Origin: Cladosporium halotolerans
Taxonomy: Eukaryota
Assembly (NCBI RefSeq): GCF_011745625.1
Contig: NW_027191491.1
Span: 62,001 to 126,000, forward strand
Direction: 5' to 3'
Length of the DNA stretch: 64,000 nt
In this document: piece by piece, positions 1 through 11,376 of the stretch
Layout of the letters: each line of letters opens with the position of its first letter
Position numbering within the stretch: the stretch's first letter is position 1
The notes under the pieces: generated by a model
Database searches by the model: none
Told to the model about the DNA's origin: nothing
Seen by the model: only the letters and a program-made list of their open reading frames with translations
Position numbers and translations under genes: made by a program

Positions 1-857
1 AGACCGCGGAGTTCTTGCATGAGCGAGGGAAGGTCTACTGGCTTGCAGGGGTTGAGCGAGTTCCAGTATACTTTCGAATCAGTGTCGTTACCGTCAACGC
101 CATTGCCATCTGTGTAGTGAGAATGGCCATTCGAGACGGGTGGCTTGACAGCCCTGCTCCGGCGGCTGTACTGATTCCAGTTGACGGCTTCTTGCCACCA
201 ATTGTCGACTAGTTGGTGCCCTTCACGATTCGTGCAGATTGATTCAGGGTGATACTGCACGCCTCTGAAAGGCTTGGTAATGTGCCTGACGGCCATGAAG
301 ATGGATCCATTTCCGGGGTCACTTAAGTCCCAAGCGAGAGGCTCGAGCTGCGGGCAAGTCTTCGTTGGCATCCAAAGCTGCGGATCGGTAGGTCCGGCAG
401 TCATGGGATATCCAGCGTTAACGTGAAGGGAGTGATATTGCGTCGCTCGAACGTCACCAGTCCCAGAATACACATCCTTGCCGCAGTGAGTGACAGCAGT
501 CACAAGCCCGTGGCGTGGCTGGGTCAGCCTTCCGACGCTAGCTCCATGCGCCAGACAAAGGCTTTGGAATCCAAGGCAAATACCCAGTACAGGCAAAAGG
601 TGATCATTCGACAGAGTCCAGAGCTTCGCGATCAGACCCACGTCCTTCCGGTTGGCAGGGTGGCCAGGCCCAGGGCCGGCGACCACGGCATCGAACTGTT
701 GAAGATGTTCGTGGAAGGCATCGTCGTTGAAGACGAAGCGATGGTCGTCGATGAAGACGGAGTCGACTGTGACTGAAAGGCGATCTTGGAGGAGGTTTAT
801 GATGTTGTTCGAGAACGAGTCATAGGCGTCGATGAAGAGGATCCTTCCGCCGGACAT
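1..857 (-). CDS. ABZ1: Aminodeoxychorismate (para-aminobenzoate) synthase, N-terminal glutamine amidotransferase domain; runs off the left edge
   Basis: Manual minus-strand translation from ATG 857 (absent from the ORF track): MSGGRILFIDAYDSFSNNI...VVAGPGPGHP...PVLGICLGFQ...QYHSL...VQYHPES. These are the class I GATase motifs of PabA/ABZ1. Confidence 0.9.
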   Translation of the reverse strand, partial: MSGGRILFIDAYDSFSNNIINLLQDRLSVTVDSVFIDDHRFVFNDDAFHEHLQQFDAVVAGPGPGHPANRKDVGLIAKLWTLSNDHLLPVLGICLGFQSLCLAHGASVGRLTQPRHGLVTAVTHCGKDVYSGTGDVRATQYHSLHVNAGYPMTAGPTDPQLWMPTKTCPQLEPLAWDLSDPGNGSIFMAVRHITKPFRGVQYHPESICTNREGHQLVDNWWQEAVNWNQYSRRSRAVKPPVSNGHSHYTDGNGVDGNDTDSKVYWNSLNPCKPVDLPSLMQELRG

Positions 858-1515
858 TCACACAGGTGCTGGCGAGGCGATACAAGGGCGAAAGATGTCT
901 TCAGTACCGTCAAGGATGGTCAGTGGGCATGTTTGACCAGTGCAGGTAGGCGCAGGGAGTTTGGTCAAGATCGCATATGGCAAGAGGCAAATGTTGTACA
1001 TCGACTTATTATTAAGGCAGGTCCAGTCCCTTGGAAATTTTCTCGGACATTTTCCGCTTCGAGCGACCTTTGCACGACGATGGTACCTTTACTTCAAAGC
1101 ATCGCCATTTGCTTGGGATTAGAGAAATTACTCTGATTGACATGTACTATAATACCAATTGGTTCTGGCGCATGAATATAGAGATCAATATTCCATACTG
1201 TAATGATAAACAGGACGTCAACGGTGCCAGCCGGCCCATGCCGATCGCATTACCGCCTCTCGGGCCATCTCTCGGCACTCCAGGTACCGAACTCTGGCCC
1301 TGCAGTGATGCGCGGTGCCATTCTCGGGTCTCGCGTCTGCGATAAGTCACGTCGTGGCAGCGAGTCGCGTGAGGGGCAAGTCGCAGCAGACGAGCGTAGA
1401 AGGTCATCATCGTCCGCGCGCCAAGGCAGCGAGATCGACTCCCAATCCGGCCCTTATTTCTCCGCCTGGTTATCATCCCTCCGCGCCCCCTCCTCCTCCG
1501 CCTCCTCGTCCGGCT

Positions 1516-2595
1516 ATGTCCTCCGCCAGCGATGTGAAGCTGCCGCGCGAGCCCAAGTTCCCTACGCACAATGCGCCGCGCGTGTGGTTCGTTACCTGCG
1601 CCAACAGCCCTGTGGGCATCTCGCTGTGCACCCACCTGCTGGCCCATGGCGACTACGTGACGGCTGGTGTGCTGCCGGTGGAGTTTGAGAAGCAGCATGA
1701 TAGGAGCGCGGACTTCAAGGACTTTCTAGAGGAGGTGGGTACGCATCAAGATAAGGAAACATGGCGCGCTCGTTTGAGAGTCGTCGCATTGGACGTGCGG
1801 ATCATGGGCCAGTGCCAATCGGCCGTCGCGGAGGCCGTGCAGAGCTTCGGCCGGATTGACATACTCTTCTGTTGTCATTCGGAAGTGGTTGTTGGAACAG
1901 TCGAGGAATTAAGCCAGAGCCCAAGGACATTGACGCTGGTGCAAGATCAGTTCGAGACGAATTTCTTTGGACCGGTAAACATCATCAAAGCGACGCTGCC
2001 TGTGTTCCGGAGCAAGAAGAACGGCCACATTGTCCTCTTGACAGCAATCAGCGGACATTTAGGAACACCGGGTCTGAGTATGTACTGCGCGAGCCAATGG
2101 GCGATTGAGGGTTACTGCGACAGTCTGGCCTACGAGATCGCCCCGTTCAACATCAGGATGACCATCGTGCAACCGAACATTGAAATCAACATCCTGACAC
2201 ACAAGATGACTAGTGCACCGCCAATGCAGGCGTATGCTGAAGAAAACAACCCTGCGCCGCTGTCGAGAAACATCCTTTCGAGCTTGCTGGATCGTCTGGA
2301 GGGAAGTTCTGAGCCCACAACTGGCGACCAGCTGCACAGCAACGAAGTCACAAGCCTGTACCCACCATTGAGCAAAATCATGAAGGAGCGCCTGGTTGCG
2401 GAGACTGTTCATGCCGTAGCCGCGATTGGCGGACATGACAACCCTCCCGCGAGACACATTGTCGGCTCCGAGGGTGTTGCTTCGGTGAAGGAGAAGCTCA
2501 AGACGGTCAGCGAGGAGCTCGAGGACTTCGTGGAATGCAGCAGTGCCGCTGATGTTGAGCGAGCGGCGGAGACGCCTCAACCATCTGCGACGTGA
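1516..2595 (+). CDS. Atypical short-chain dehydrogenase/reductase
   Basis: SDR fold motifs RVWFVT, ALDV, FGRIDIL, FETNFFG, YCASQWAIEG. First ATG at 1516; intronless. Confidence 0.85.
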   Translation: MSSASDVKLPREPKFPTHNAPRVWFVTCANSPVGISLCTHLLAHGDYVTAGVLPVEFEKQHDRSADFKDFLEEVGTHQDKETWRARLRVVALDVRIMGQCQSAVAEAVQSFGRIDILFCCHSEVVVGTVEELSQSPRTLTLVQDQFETNFFGPVNIIKATLPVFRSKKNGHIVLLTAISGHLGTPGLSMYCASQWAIEGYCDSLAYEIAPFNIRMTIVQPNIEINILTHKMTSAPPMQAYAEENNPAPLSRNILSSLLDRLEGSSEPTTGDQLHSNEVTSLYPPLSKIMKERLVAETVHAVAAIGGHDNPPARHIVGSEGVASVKEKLKTVSEELEDFVECSSAADVERAAETPQPSAT

Positions 2596-3147
2596 TAGAG
2601 AGAGCACGGCACGCATGGCTAGGAGAAAGCGAGGACGCGTACCCTTTGCCCTGCCCTATAGCAGCAACCAGGCTACGAGGCAGCAAGGCGGCGCTGCATT
2701 CGCTTAACAAGCACCGTCGGCGGGAGGCTCATCCAGGGCTGGGTAGGACCGAATACGCCACGCGAGGGGCCAATCGTCATGGCCAGCGGCTTTGACTTCA
2801 GCGCCGCTTCTCCATCGCTTCCCCGCATGCGCGCGCGACCGTCGATCTCCGCCCGGGGACTGCCACATCTCTGCCTCACAAACCCTCGCGCACGTGTGTC
2901 TGCTGTCGATTGCTTCTTCACCCCAGACTGGACGCATATTGCTTGCCGATGGCTCTGGTCGTACTGTCACTCGGCCACCCGCGGCCCTAGGCCTTCGCAG
3001 CGCAGTGCTACCAGCAAGCGACACGAGACGATACTACCGTCGCTTTGCCCTGCGCAGAGCGACTGAGAGCTTCGCCCGCCGAGGCTGGAGCTGGCCACGT
3101 CCAACCTCGCCTCGCTTTGAACATCTCCATCCGCCCTCTGCTCTGGC

Positions 3148-5248
3148 ATGGCCCAAGACATGCAGTCGCAAGCTCCGTCGACGTCCACCGACGATGCCGT
3201 CTCGCCGCCCACGGCCGCGAAGCCGCTGCGCCGCGCCTGCGACTGCTGCCGAAAGCGCAAGGTCAAGTGCGACGGCCACGATCCATGCTCGCCTTGCAAA
3301 AAGGCTTCCATAAGATGCGCATACCTGCAGCCACCGAAGAAGAAGGGACCGAAAGGCTTGCGAAGTGCCAGGGTGCTGCATGCGCTGCGCCGGATAGACG
3401 ACTCGGCCAGCGGCACCCCGACCAGCCCGCTGAGTCCCGACCAGAATGGCCAGTTCGGCGGTTGGTCGTGGGCACCGCAGGCACATACTCAGCCGCCCTC
3501 GTCGATGCCATACCAGGATTATCAGGTCCCTCCGCCATCGGGTTTCCCGAACGGCATGCCCACGAGCATGCCGCAACAGCAGAGTGCATACGTGCACCCC
3601 AGTGAGCATGCTACACTGCACACAACTACGCAACCGCCATTTCCCCCACAACAGTACCCAAGTACGGCGAATTATCATCAAGAGCCTGGCCAGAGCTGGC
3701 CTCATCCAGCGCCGATGTCCGCTGCCAGTGAGACGGTGCCTTCTATTCCTTCGCCCTCAAGTTCAGACCGATTGTTTCAGCCATCGAGGATCTCTAGCGA
3801 AGCTTTCCTGCCATATGTGCAACTGTTCTTTGCGCACATGTTTCCGATCATGCCGATCATCGACCGAAATGTCTACCTCGACCCGCATCTTTTCGCCCAC
3901 TCAGCAACGTTGAGCCCAGAAATCTACTGCTTCTTGTGCGCCCTTTGCGCAACTACCATCATACAGCTTGATGCTTCCATACCCACGCCTCCGCCATTAC
4001 GACCAGGCAAAGCCACCGACGATGTTTTCGCCGAGGAGTGCATCCGTGAGCGCAGAGATTACGATTATATGAATGCCTCAACTCTTTCGGTTATGACCTC
4101 ATTTTTCTTGTTCTGTTATCACGGCAATCACGAGCGGCATGAACGAGCTTGGTACTATCTGCAGGAAAGCATCACTTTTGCGGAGAACTTGAGCCTTGAT
4201 GACGAGGAAGCCTACATGAAGCTGGACACCACGGAGGCGCAGTGGCGCAGGCGTCTTTACTGGCTGCTTTTCATCACCGAGCGGGCGTATGCTGTTCAGC
4301 GCCGCAAGCGCACCCGGCTGACACCCAGCGTCACATTGCCGTCTGTTTTCGAAAGCGAAGATCAACAGTTGCTCAATGGCTTTGTCAATTTGGCAAACCT
4401 GTTCAGCGCGGTGGACGACAGTTTCGTCAGCGCCTGGCGTGGCTCGCGCAGGCAAAGTCTGTGTAACGAAGCCTGGCTCACCAAGACCCAACAGCAACTG
4501 GACGCCACCGCACGAGTTATGACAAATCTAACCGAGACTCAGCATTTGGATATTTCGGTCACTAGAGAATGGCTGCATGTGCTTGCATGGCAGATGGGCG
4601 TCAGTAACGGCCTGATCTGGGGCCAGGGCGAAGGTGGCATGCGGCTGGACTACCCCATTGAGCTCGCGAAAAAGGTCGTCGAAATCACATCCAGTGCAAC
4701 CTCAGCCGCACTGGACTCCCACGGCATCGGCATGGTAAGCACCTCCTCTCCCCTTCTCCTCGCTCACACAAGCGCTCACACACTCCCCGCAGGAGCAAAA
4801 ACTCTCCGACATCGCCGGCTGCCTCGCCGACGTCCTCAAATGCACCGCAGGCGACACCTCCGCCACCTTCCTCGAAGGCAAGCAATACCTCTCCATCCTC
4901 CTGAACCAGCTCTCCACCATCCGCGGCAAGCAATCGCGCTACCTGCGGCCCCTCATGGCCAAAATGGACGGCCTCGTCGGCTTCGAGCTCAACCAGTCCC
5001 TGCCTCTGCCCGACGACCTACCCAACCTCGGCAACGGCATCCCGCTCGGCGCGCCCGGCGGATATCCCATGGGCGCGAGGGGGCTAAGCGTCAGTCAAAA
5101 TGGGATGGAGATGTTGAGGAGCCTGAGTCTCAGCGGGGGGTTGGTGCTGCAGCAGCCGGATGCGGAGGCGATGTGGGAGCGCAGGCCGAGCGGGAGGGTG
5201 TATAGTGAGGAGGAGACGAGTTGGATGATGGATCAGAGGGTGGCTTGA
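3148..5248 (+). CDS. Zn(II)2Cys6 transcription factor, AmyR/Suc1/MalR-like (exons 3148-4734, 4793-5248)
   Basis: CDCCRKRKVKCDGHDPCSPCKKASIRC cluster plus fungal TF middle domain (RRRLYWLLFITER). Intron 4735-4792 (GTAAGC..GCAG) restores HGIGM-EQKLSDI. Confidence 0.88.
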
Positions 5249-5558
5249 GAGGGGGTTGGGGGCTTGTTGCGATGTTGTGATGATTAGCGGTCGTTTTTTG
5301 ATGTCTTCGCTCGGTTTTTGTAGGCTGTTGGTCGAGATACCCGGATAACTTTTGTCGTTTTTTACCCTGTATTTGTCGAAGAGGTTCACTTGCACGTCTG
5401 GACGTCATTTGCTTCTCGAGTCTTCAGAATCGGTCTCGGTGAAACAGACCACAACTCCAATTTGGAAATCTACATGGGGGTATCATCGCACGAGCCAAAA
5501 GCACATCAGTCTCCTCGCGGGAAGAAAAACCTCACCCGCCGCAATTCGCCTCTCTCTC

Positions 5559-6698
5559 TCACACCCCTCCCGGCGCCGGACTCGTCCCCGGCGTCCCGCC
5601 CACGGGCGACATCGGCGGGCTCTGCGCATTATGCCTGCTCTTCCGCCTCCTCTTCTCCTTCCCCCTCTTCACCACCTTGCCCGGCGACGCGGGCGGACTC
5701 ACCGCAGGCGTCGACGGCTTGCTCTCCGTCTTCACCGTCACCGCAGCCGCAGCGGCAGCCGCGAGCGCCTCCTCTTTCGCGCGCGCGGCGTCCGCGCGCC
5801 GCTTTTTCGCCGCCGCCGTCGAAGATGTGAACGTCAGGTTGCCGGGCTCGCCGAGCAGGGGGTTCTCGTCTGTGAAGGGGTCGTCGGCGTACGTGAGGGA
5901 TTGCGCGAGGGAGTCGCGGAGGAGGCGGGATGTGAGGGCTGTGCTTGAGGGGTTGGCGGAGGAGGAGTTGGTGGTGGGGAGCGAGGAGCCGGAGCGGGGG
6001 TCGGTTGAGGCGCTGAGGCTGGGTTCGCGGGAGCGCGAGGGGCTGCTGGGGGCTGTTGAGGGGGCGGTGGGGGGTTTTGTTGCTCCTGCTGTTGCGCCGG
6101 CGGTGGCGGCTGAGGTGGTTGAGGTGGTGGTGGGGTAGGTGTGGCCGGTTGTGGGGGACCAGGAGGGGAGGGTCGAGGCGGTGGAGAAGCATTTGTTCAG
6201 CGCGGTGGAGGCGGACAGCAGGCGCGTGCCCAGGACGTCGGCGACGCTGGGCGCCTGGTAGACGTTCTCGCCGATCACGTAGTAGGTCGCGAGGGTCTCG
6301 AGGGCGTCCTTGCCGGCGGGCGGCGCGGCCTTGCGGCGGTCCTGCTTGCGGATGACATAGACGCCGCCCTTCGAGGGGCGGCCCTCGGCGTCGAACTCCA
6401 TCTGCGCGCCCTCGGCGATCATGTATTCGGTGCCGTTGCGCGAGGCGATCTGCGCCTCGAAGTCCTTGCGGTTGTGAGAGAAGTGCCAGCCGTAGGGGTC
6501 TTGTTGGCATTGTTTGATTTCGAGGCCGTTCTTGGTCGTCCAGTCCATGAAGGGCGAGCCGGCGAAGTAGTGGTGCAGCATGTTCTCGCTCATGAAGGGG
6601 AAGTGGAACTCCGAGTTCTCCAGCATGCCCATGTACCAGACATTTTGCATGTGTTCCGAGTAGACACGCTCGTCGAGCGGCGTCTCGTCTTGCGCCAT
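5559..6698 (-). CDS. MED6: Mediator subunit 6
   Basis: ENMLHHYFAGSPFMD...GTEYMI...VYVIRKQDR...TYYVIGENVYQAPSVADVLGTRL matches the Med6 domain. ATG at 6698. Confidence 0.9.
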   Translation of the reverse strand: MAQDETPLDERVYSEHMQNVWYMGMLENSEFHFPFMSENMLHHYFAGSPFMDWTTKNGLEIKQCQQDPYGWHFSHNRKDFEAQIASRNGTEYMIAEGAQMEFDAEGRPSKGGVYVIRKQDRRKAAPPAGKDALETLATYYVIGENVYQAPSVADVLGTRLLSASTALNKCFSTASTLPSWSPTTGHTYPTTTSTTSAATAGATAGATKPPTAPSTAPSSPSRSREPSLSASTDPRSGSSLPTTNSSSANPSSTALTSRLLRDSLAQSLTYADDPFTDENPLLGEPGNLTFTSSTAAAKKRRADAARAKEEALAAAAAAAVTVKTESKPSTPAVSPPASPGKVVKRGKEKRRRKSRHNAQSPPMSPVGGTPGTSPAPGGV

Positions 6699-7199
6699 GG
6701 TTGTTGTAGTGGTGTTGGTGTTTGGTGGAGGTTTGAGATCAACAATCGATTGAGCTTGGAGAGGCAAGCAGCTTGACAGCGGAAAGGCTCCGCTGGGATA
6801 GGCTTCACTTCAATGGCGGAGATGACAGCTTTGACCACCAGAGTCCCAGACTTTAATGTCGAGTACCAATCTTAGCACCGCGGAGTTGTGAAGACATAAA
6901 TTGCAGCCAAAGAGCCGTGTTCGCCGACTTCCAGAAAGCGCGAACGTCTACACGCCAACGCTGAACGGAGCAATCGCCGGTCTCCATCTCCTAGATCGCT
7001 CTGAACCGCCCCCACCTACCCTGTCGTGACTTCATCTTTGATCATAATCGATGTGACGCAAAGGGTTCCCATGTAGACATCACCGTACCAACGGACGAGG
7101 TTCAAATAATGGCTTGAGCCGAGCCAGCTCTCCTACTACCAACCCCTCCACATCTCCCAAAAACCAATCCTCACCAAACAACCCACCAAATCAGCCAAA

Positions 7200-7503
7200 A
7201 TGTCCGACATCCCAGGTACGTCCTCCCATCTCCTCCACATGCCACTGCACACCTCCATCCTAATCCGCAGCCATCACAGAGAACACCTCGACCATCCCCA
7301 AGCAGGAGCAGAACGACGCCAAGGACGTCGCCGGCCGCGAGGGCAAGGGCATGGGCATGGCTGACAAGCTCGCCGGCGCAGTCAAGGACCCCGTCAACCA
7401 GGTGCTGGGCGGCAACAACCAGAAGGCCAAGGGCGAGGACAACCAAAACGACAGCAAGGGCGACGCGTTGCCGGGTAGCGAGGTGCCGGGGAGGAACTAC
7501 TAG
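7200..7503 (+). CDS. Small (82 aa) hydrophilic protein, LEA/conidiation-stress-like (exons 7200-7215, 7271-7503)
   Basis: AAAATG start, intron GTACGT..CTAAT..GCAG, biased codons. Product MSDIPAITENTSTIPKQEQNDAKDVAGREGKGMGMADKLAGAVKDPVNQVLGGNNQKAKGEDNQNDSKGDALPGSEVPGRNY. Missed by the ORF track. Confidence 0.75.
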
Positions 7504-7714
7504 GTTATGGATTCAATGAGGTTATGATATGAGGAATTGAATTGGATATTGAAATTGATTAAGTCTCTTTGGTTTAGTGTGTTCGTGTTACGTGACCGAT
7601 GAGGTCGTTCGTGTGTGTCTGCCACTGGCAGTTTATTTCCCACGTCGCAGTCGGATCAACTGCGCATCGCCTTCACTTCGACATCAACGCCATCTCCAGC
7701 CGCTCCCAAGCTAC

Positions 7715-8896
7715 TCAGCCTCGAATCCAATTCCCCTTCGTAAAAAGAACAGATCTCCCGTTTCCCGTCCCCAAAACCCTAACCTGCCTTCCTCCCTCTC
7801 CTCCAACCCCCACATACTCCTCCCCAGACTCCCCACGCGCAGCAGGATCATCCCGCCAAATCTCAACATGCCACCCGTCCGCCATAGCCGCCACTCGACA
7901 CGCCTGCTCTATGTCCGCGACTTCGACGAGGACGACCTTCGCGTCGCACTCGGCGGCGATCTCAAGCACGCGCGGGTAGAAGATGTCGCCGTCGTCGAGA
8001 CCCTGCTTGTTGGCAGAGCCACTTGGAAACAAGCCGGAATCTGTGCTCGGAGGCACCAGAGCGAGCTTAGGTTCGAATCTGCGGACGGAGGCTGCGGTCG
8101 TGCGGCGGAAGGCGGAGCTGGAGATGTAGGGTGGGTTGGAAATTATGATTTCGTAGGAAGGTTTGATTCGATTTGTTTGAATCTGCTGAAGTCTGCCTGT
8201 GACGCTGGAAGGGCCGGAGCGCGCGAGGACGTCTGCTTGCAGGAAGTGGATGTTACGGAAGAGGTGGAGGGTTTTTGCGTAGGGGCTTGCAGAGGTGCGC
8301 AGCTCGCGCAGTTGGATGACTTTGTTCTCCTCGGCTAGAGACAAGGCTGTGCTTGATATGTCGACGCCGACGATATTGGCGATGGCGTCTTTCCCTGGGC
8401 TTTGCTTGGACAGCTCATGTTGGAAGAGGAGCGGGATGCATCCTGTTCCCGTGCAGAGATCGAGGACACTGATTGGTTTTGATGCGGGACTCTGCTTCCA
8501 TGCCTTTGAGAGGAGTGCTGCGAGATGTGAAACGGACGTAGCTGTTTCTTGTCTATTGAACGGAAGATCAGACGAGGTGTGAGGAAAAGAGAATCGTACA
8601 TTGGCTACCTACCTCGGGATCAGGACACCAGGCCGACATTTGATTTCAAGATCACCAAAGAACTCGGAGCCCAGGATGTATTGCAATGGCTCGCCTTTGG
8701 CACGGCGATGTACATATCGCTCTAGAAGTGTTTCGTGCTTTTGGCCTGACTTGGAGGCCACCTCCGCGGCGTGCTCACCCAGCCATCTTAGCTCGTTCTG
8801 CGATGAGCGCAGGTCTCGACAGACGGGGAGCAGCGACGGCAGCAGAGGATTGATGCGTCGCGCGTGACGGAACAGTGTAGGCGGTATGCGTGGCAT
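7715..8896 (-). CDS. MTQ1: Mitochondrial HemK/PrmC release-factor N5-glutamine methyltransferase (intron 8553-8612)
   Basis: RRAKGEPLQYILG..F...PGVLIPR/QET, VLDLCTGTGCI and ISNPPYI motifs. Confidence 0.9.
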
Positions 8897-9144
8897 GCGA
8901 GTGCTCGGAGATCGCCGCCAAGGGGAAAGATTCACGAAAGATGGTGCGACTCTGCTGACCAGCAACGGTGGAAGGGCGGAGCTCAGAAAGCCGCTCTCAG
9001 CCGCGGCAGCTGGGGGAGCTTTGTTTCTCAGGGTCAGCGCGTGGGATTTGGAGAAGCCTGTGCATGACGTTCTCCAAAACTGCCCGCCGTCACCATTCTC
9101 TCCTCCTCCTTTTGTCCTGACACTCTCTTCGCATATCTCTAATC

Positions 9145-10475
9145 ATGGCCGGAATACGCCCTCCCGTTTTAGATGCCGCCCTTAGGTCGTGCACGCGTGC
9201 GCGCCGAGCTCCTGCCCTCCGCAATGCGCCTTTCAGGCAGCGATCCCCAGCAATCCAGCGTAGATGGATTGGCGATACTGGTGGCAGGCCGCCCATTCCG
9301 CCCGGCCGTGAGGGAAGAAACACTGTCGTCGCTCCGAAGACCCGCATGGCGGTCGGTGTGGTCTTCATTGGCGCGCTGATTTACTCAATGGTACAAACCC
9401 TCCACCCATGGACGCCAATGGCTCAGACGACTAACCAGACGACTTCCAGGTCACCGGCGATGCGGAAACGCAGCAGCTCGAAGCTCCATCCATAGCCGAG
9501 CGGGACAGTCTCAGTAAGCGCGAGTCCGGCGTGACGGACGCCTCTCCCATGCGTCTGCGAATGGAACAATTCATTAAGGCCAAGCAGGAGGAGATCGTCC
9601 GCGCTCTTGAAGCCGTCGACGGCAAACGCTTCCAGGTGGACAAGTGGGAGCGCCCGAACGGTGGAGGTGGAATCAGCTGCGTGCTGCAAGACGGCAATGT
9701 GTTTGAGAAGGCGGGCGTGAACATTTCGGTGGTGTATGGCACGCTGCCCAGGCAGGCTATCAGCAAGATGAGAGTCAACCACAAGGCGCTGGACCCGGAT
9801 GTTGAGAGCCTGGAGTTCTTTGCCGCTGGCTTGAGCTTGGTCGTCCACCCGCAGAACCCAATGGCGCCCACGGTGCATCTCAACTACCGCTACTTTGAGA
9901 CTGCCAATGCTGACGGAACGACGAACGCTTGGTGGTTCGGCGGCGGCACTGATCTGACGCCCTCCTACCTTTTCGACGAAGATGTCATTCACTTTCACCG
10001 CAACATCAAGGAGGCCTGCGACAAGCACGACAAGGAGTACTATTCCCGCTTCAAGAAGTGGTGCGACGATTACTTCCACATCCCTCACCGCGGCGAGTCT
10101 CGCGGCGTTGGTGGCATCTTCTTCGACGATCTCGACGAGTCCGAGAAGGATCAGGAATCTCTCTTCAACTACGTTCAGACCTGCGCCAACTCCTTCTTGC
10201 CTTCCTACCTTCCTATCATTGAAAGGAGAAAGGACATGCAGTTCACCGAAAAGGAAAAGGCGTGGCAACAACTTCGCCGAGGACGCTACGTCGAGTTCAA
10301 TCTCGTCCACGACAGAGGCACTGCTTTCGGCTTGAACACGCCCGGTGCGCGCGTAGAGAGCATTCTGATGTCTCTGCCGCTCACGGCCAGATGGCAGTAC
10401 CAGCACGAGCCCGACAAGGGCAGTCGTGAGGACAGGCTGCTTCAAGTGCTGAAGAAGCCCGTGGAGTGGGTGTAA
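9145..10475 (+). CDS. HEM13: Oxygen-dependent coproporphyrinogen III oxidase (intron 9391-9449)
   Basis: [52 protein letters not shown]. The intron joins an Arg-rich presequence/TM exon in frame. Confidence 0.95.
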
Positions 10476-11376
10476 ACTACCATTTCTCTTCTTCCCTTGT
10501 CGTTGATAATCTGGTTTGCTGCATAGCGATGGAGTGGGTGGCGGCTACAAGGTCTTTTGTATATCTCTACACATACCTATCGTTTTCTTTTACTCTATAC
10601 ATAAAATGTGGCCATACTTCAGCCGGGAAAGAACCGAGCTTTTATCTATGGCGACACGCCCTATACTCCTTCACGATACCGCTTATCTCGCCCTAAAGAT
10701 TGCTATCTGGCTGTACTTTCATTCCGAAACGCCCCGATCATTGATCAACTGTGACTAAAGAATCACTTACAGCGCGGTTCTCAAACGACGTGCCTCACGC
10801 TAGGATGCACATATGACGCGAGCAGGCTGGAGGCAGTGGGTTCGTCGGGCTGTGACAACACGCATCGCCAAAGGCCGTTGCGATCTCTAGCGCAGCCGAA
10901 GATGGCGCGCCCTTGCGGTAGGGGCGCCGCCGCGCTATCTGCCCGCCCGCCGAATCCCCCAATCCCATGTGTGGAGATGGCGGCTGGGTGGAGTTTGGCT
11001 TCCATCTAGGCTGCACTTGCCTGGTTGGTTCTGGGCCCGCGATACACCACACCAAGAAAGCCAGCCCTGAGGCGGGCACCTCTCCCCCTCGTGATCTGCC
11101 ATGTGGAAGTGACTTCGCCGGTGCGTGCTGACTTCACGTCACCTTATCTGTACCTCCGTCTTCCTCTGTGATCGCCTCTCTGCTTACTGCTTTCTTCCAT
11201 TGTTTTCAATACCAGCTGGGTGGTTGCTTACGTTGCTGTTTCATCACATTGTATTTCTCCTCTCGGGTGTGTCGTGTGACTCGCAACACCGCAGTGCGGC
11301 CTCGCAACTTCGACATCTTCTCCCAATCTAGCACAAGGCTGCACTGCTAGAGCATTCGACAAACGCACCAACAACA

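Noticed and set aside
1315..1515. GTG-initiated 67-codon N-terminal extension of the SDR
   Set aside because: No ATG, low-complexity leader-like sequence; an open frame is expected by chance at this GC content.
10901..10939. GC-rich hairpin upstream of the permease (riboswitch?)
   Set aside because: Short, GC-driven and lacking TPP aptamer consensus elements.
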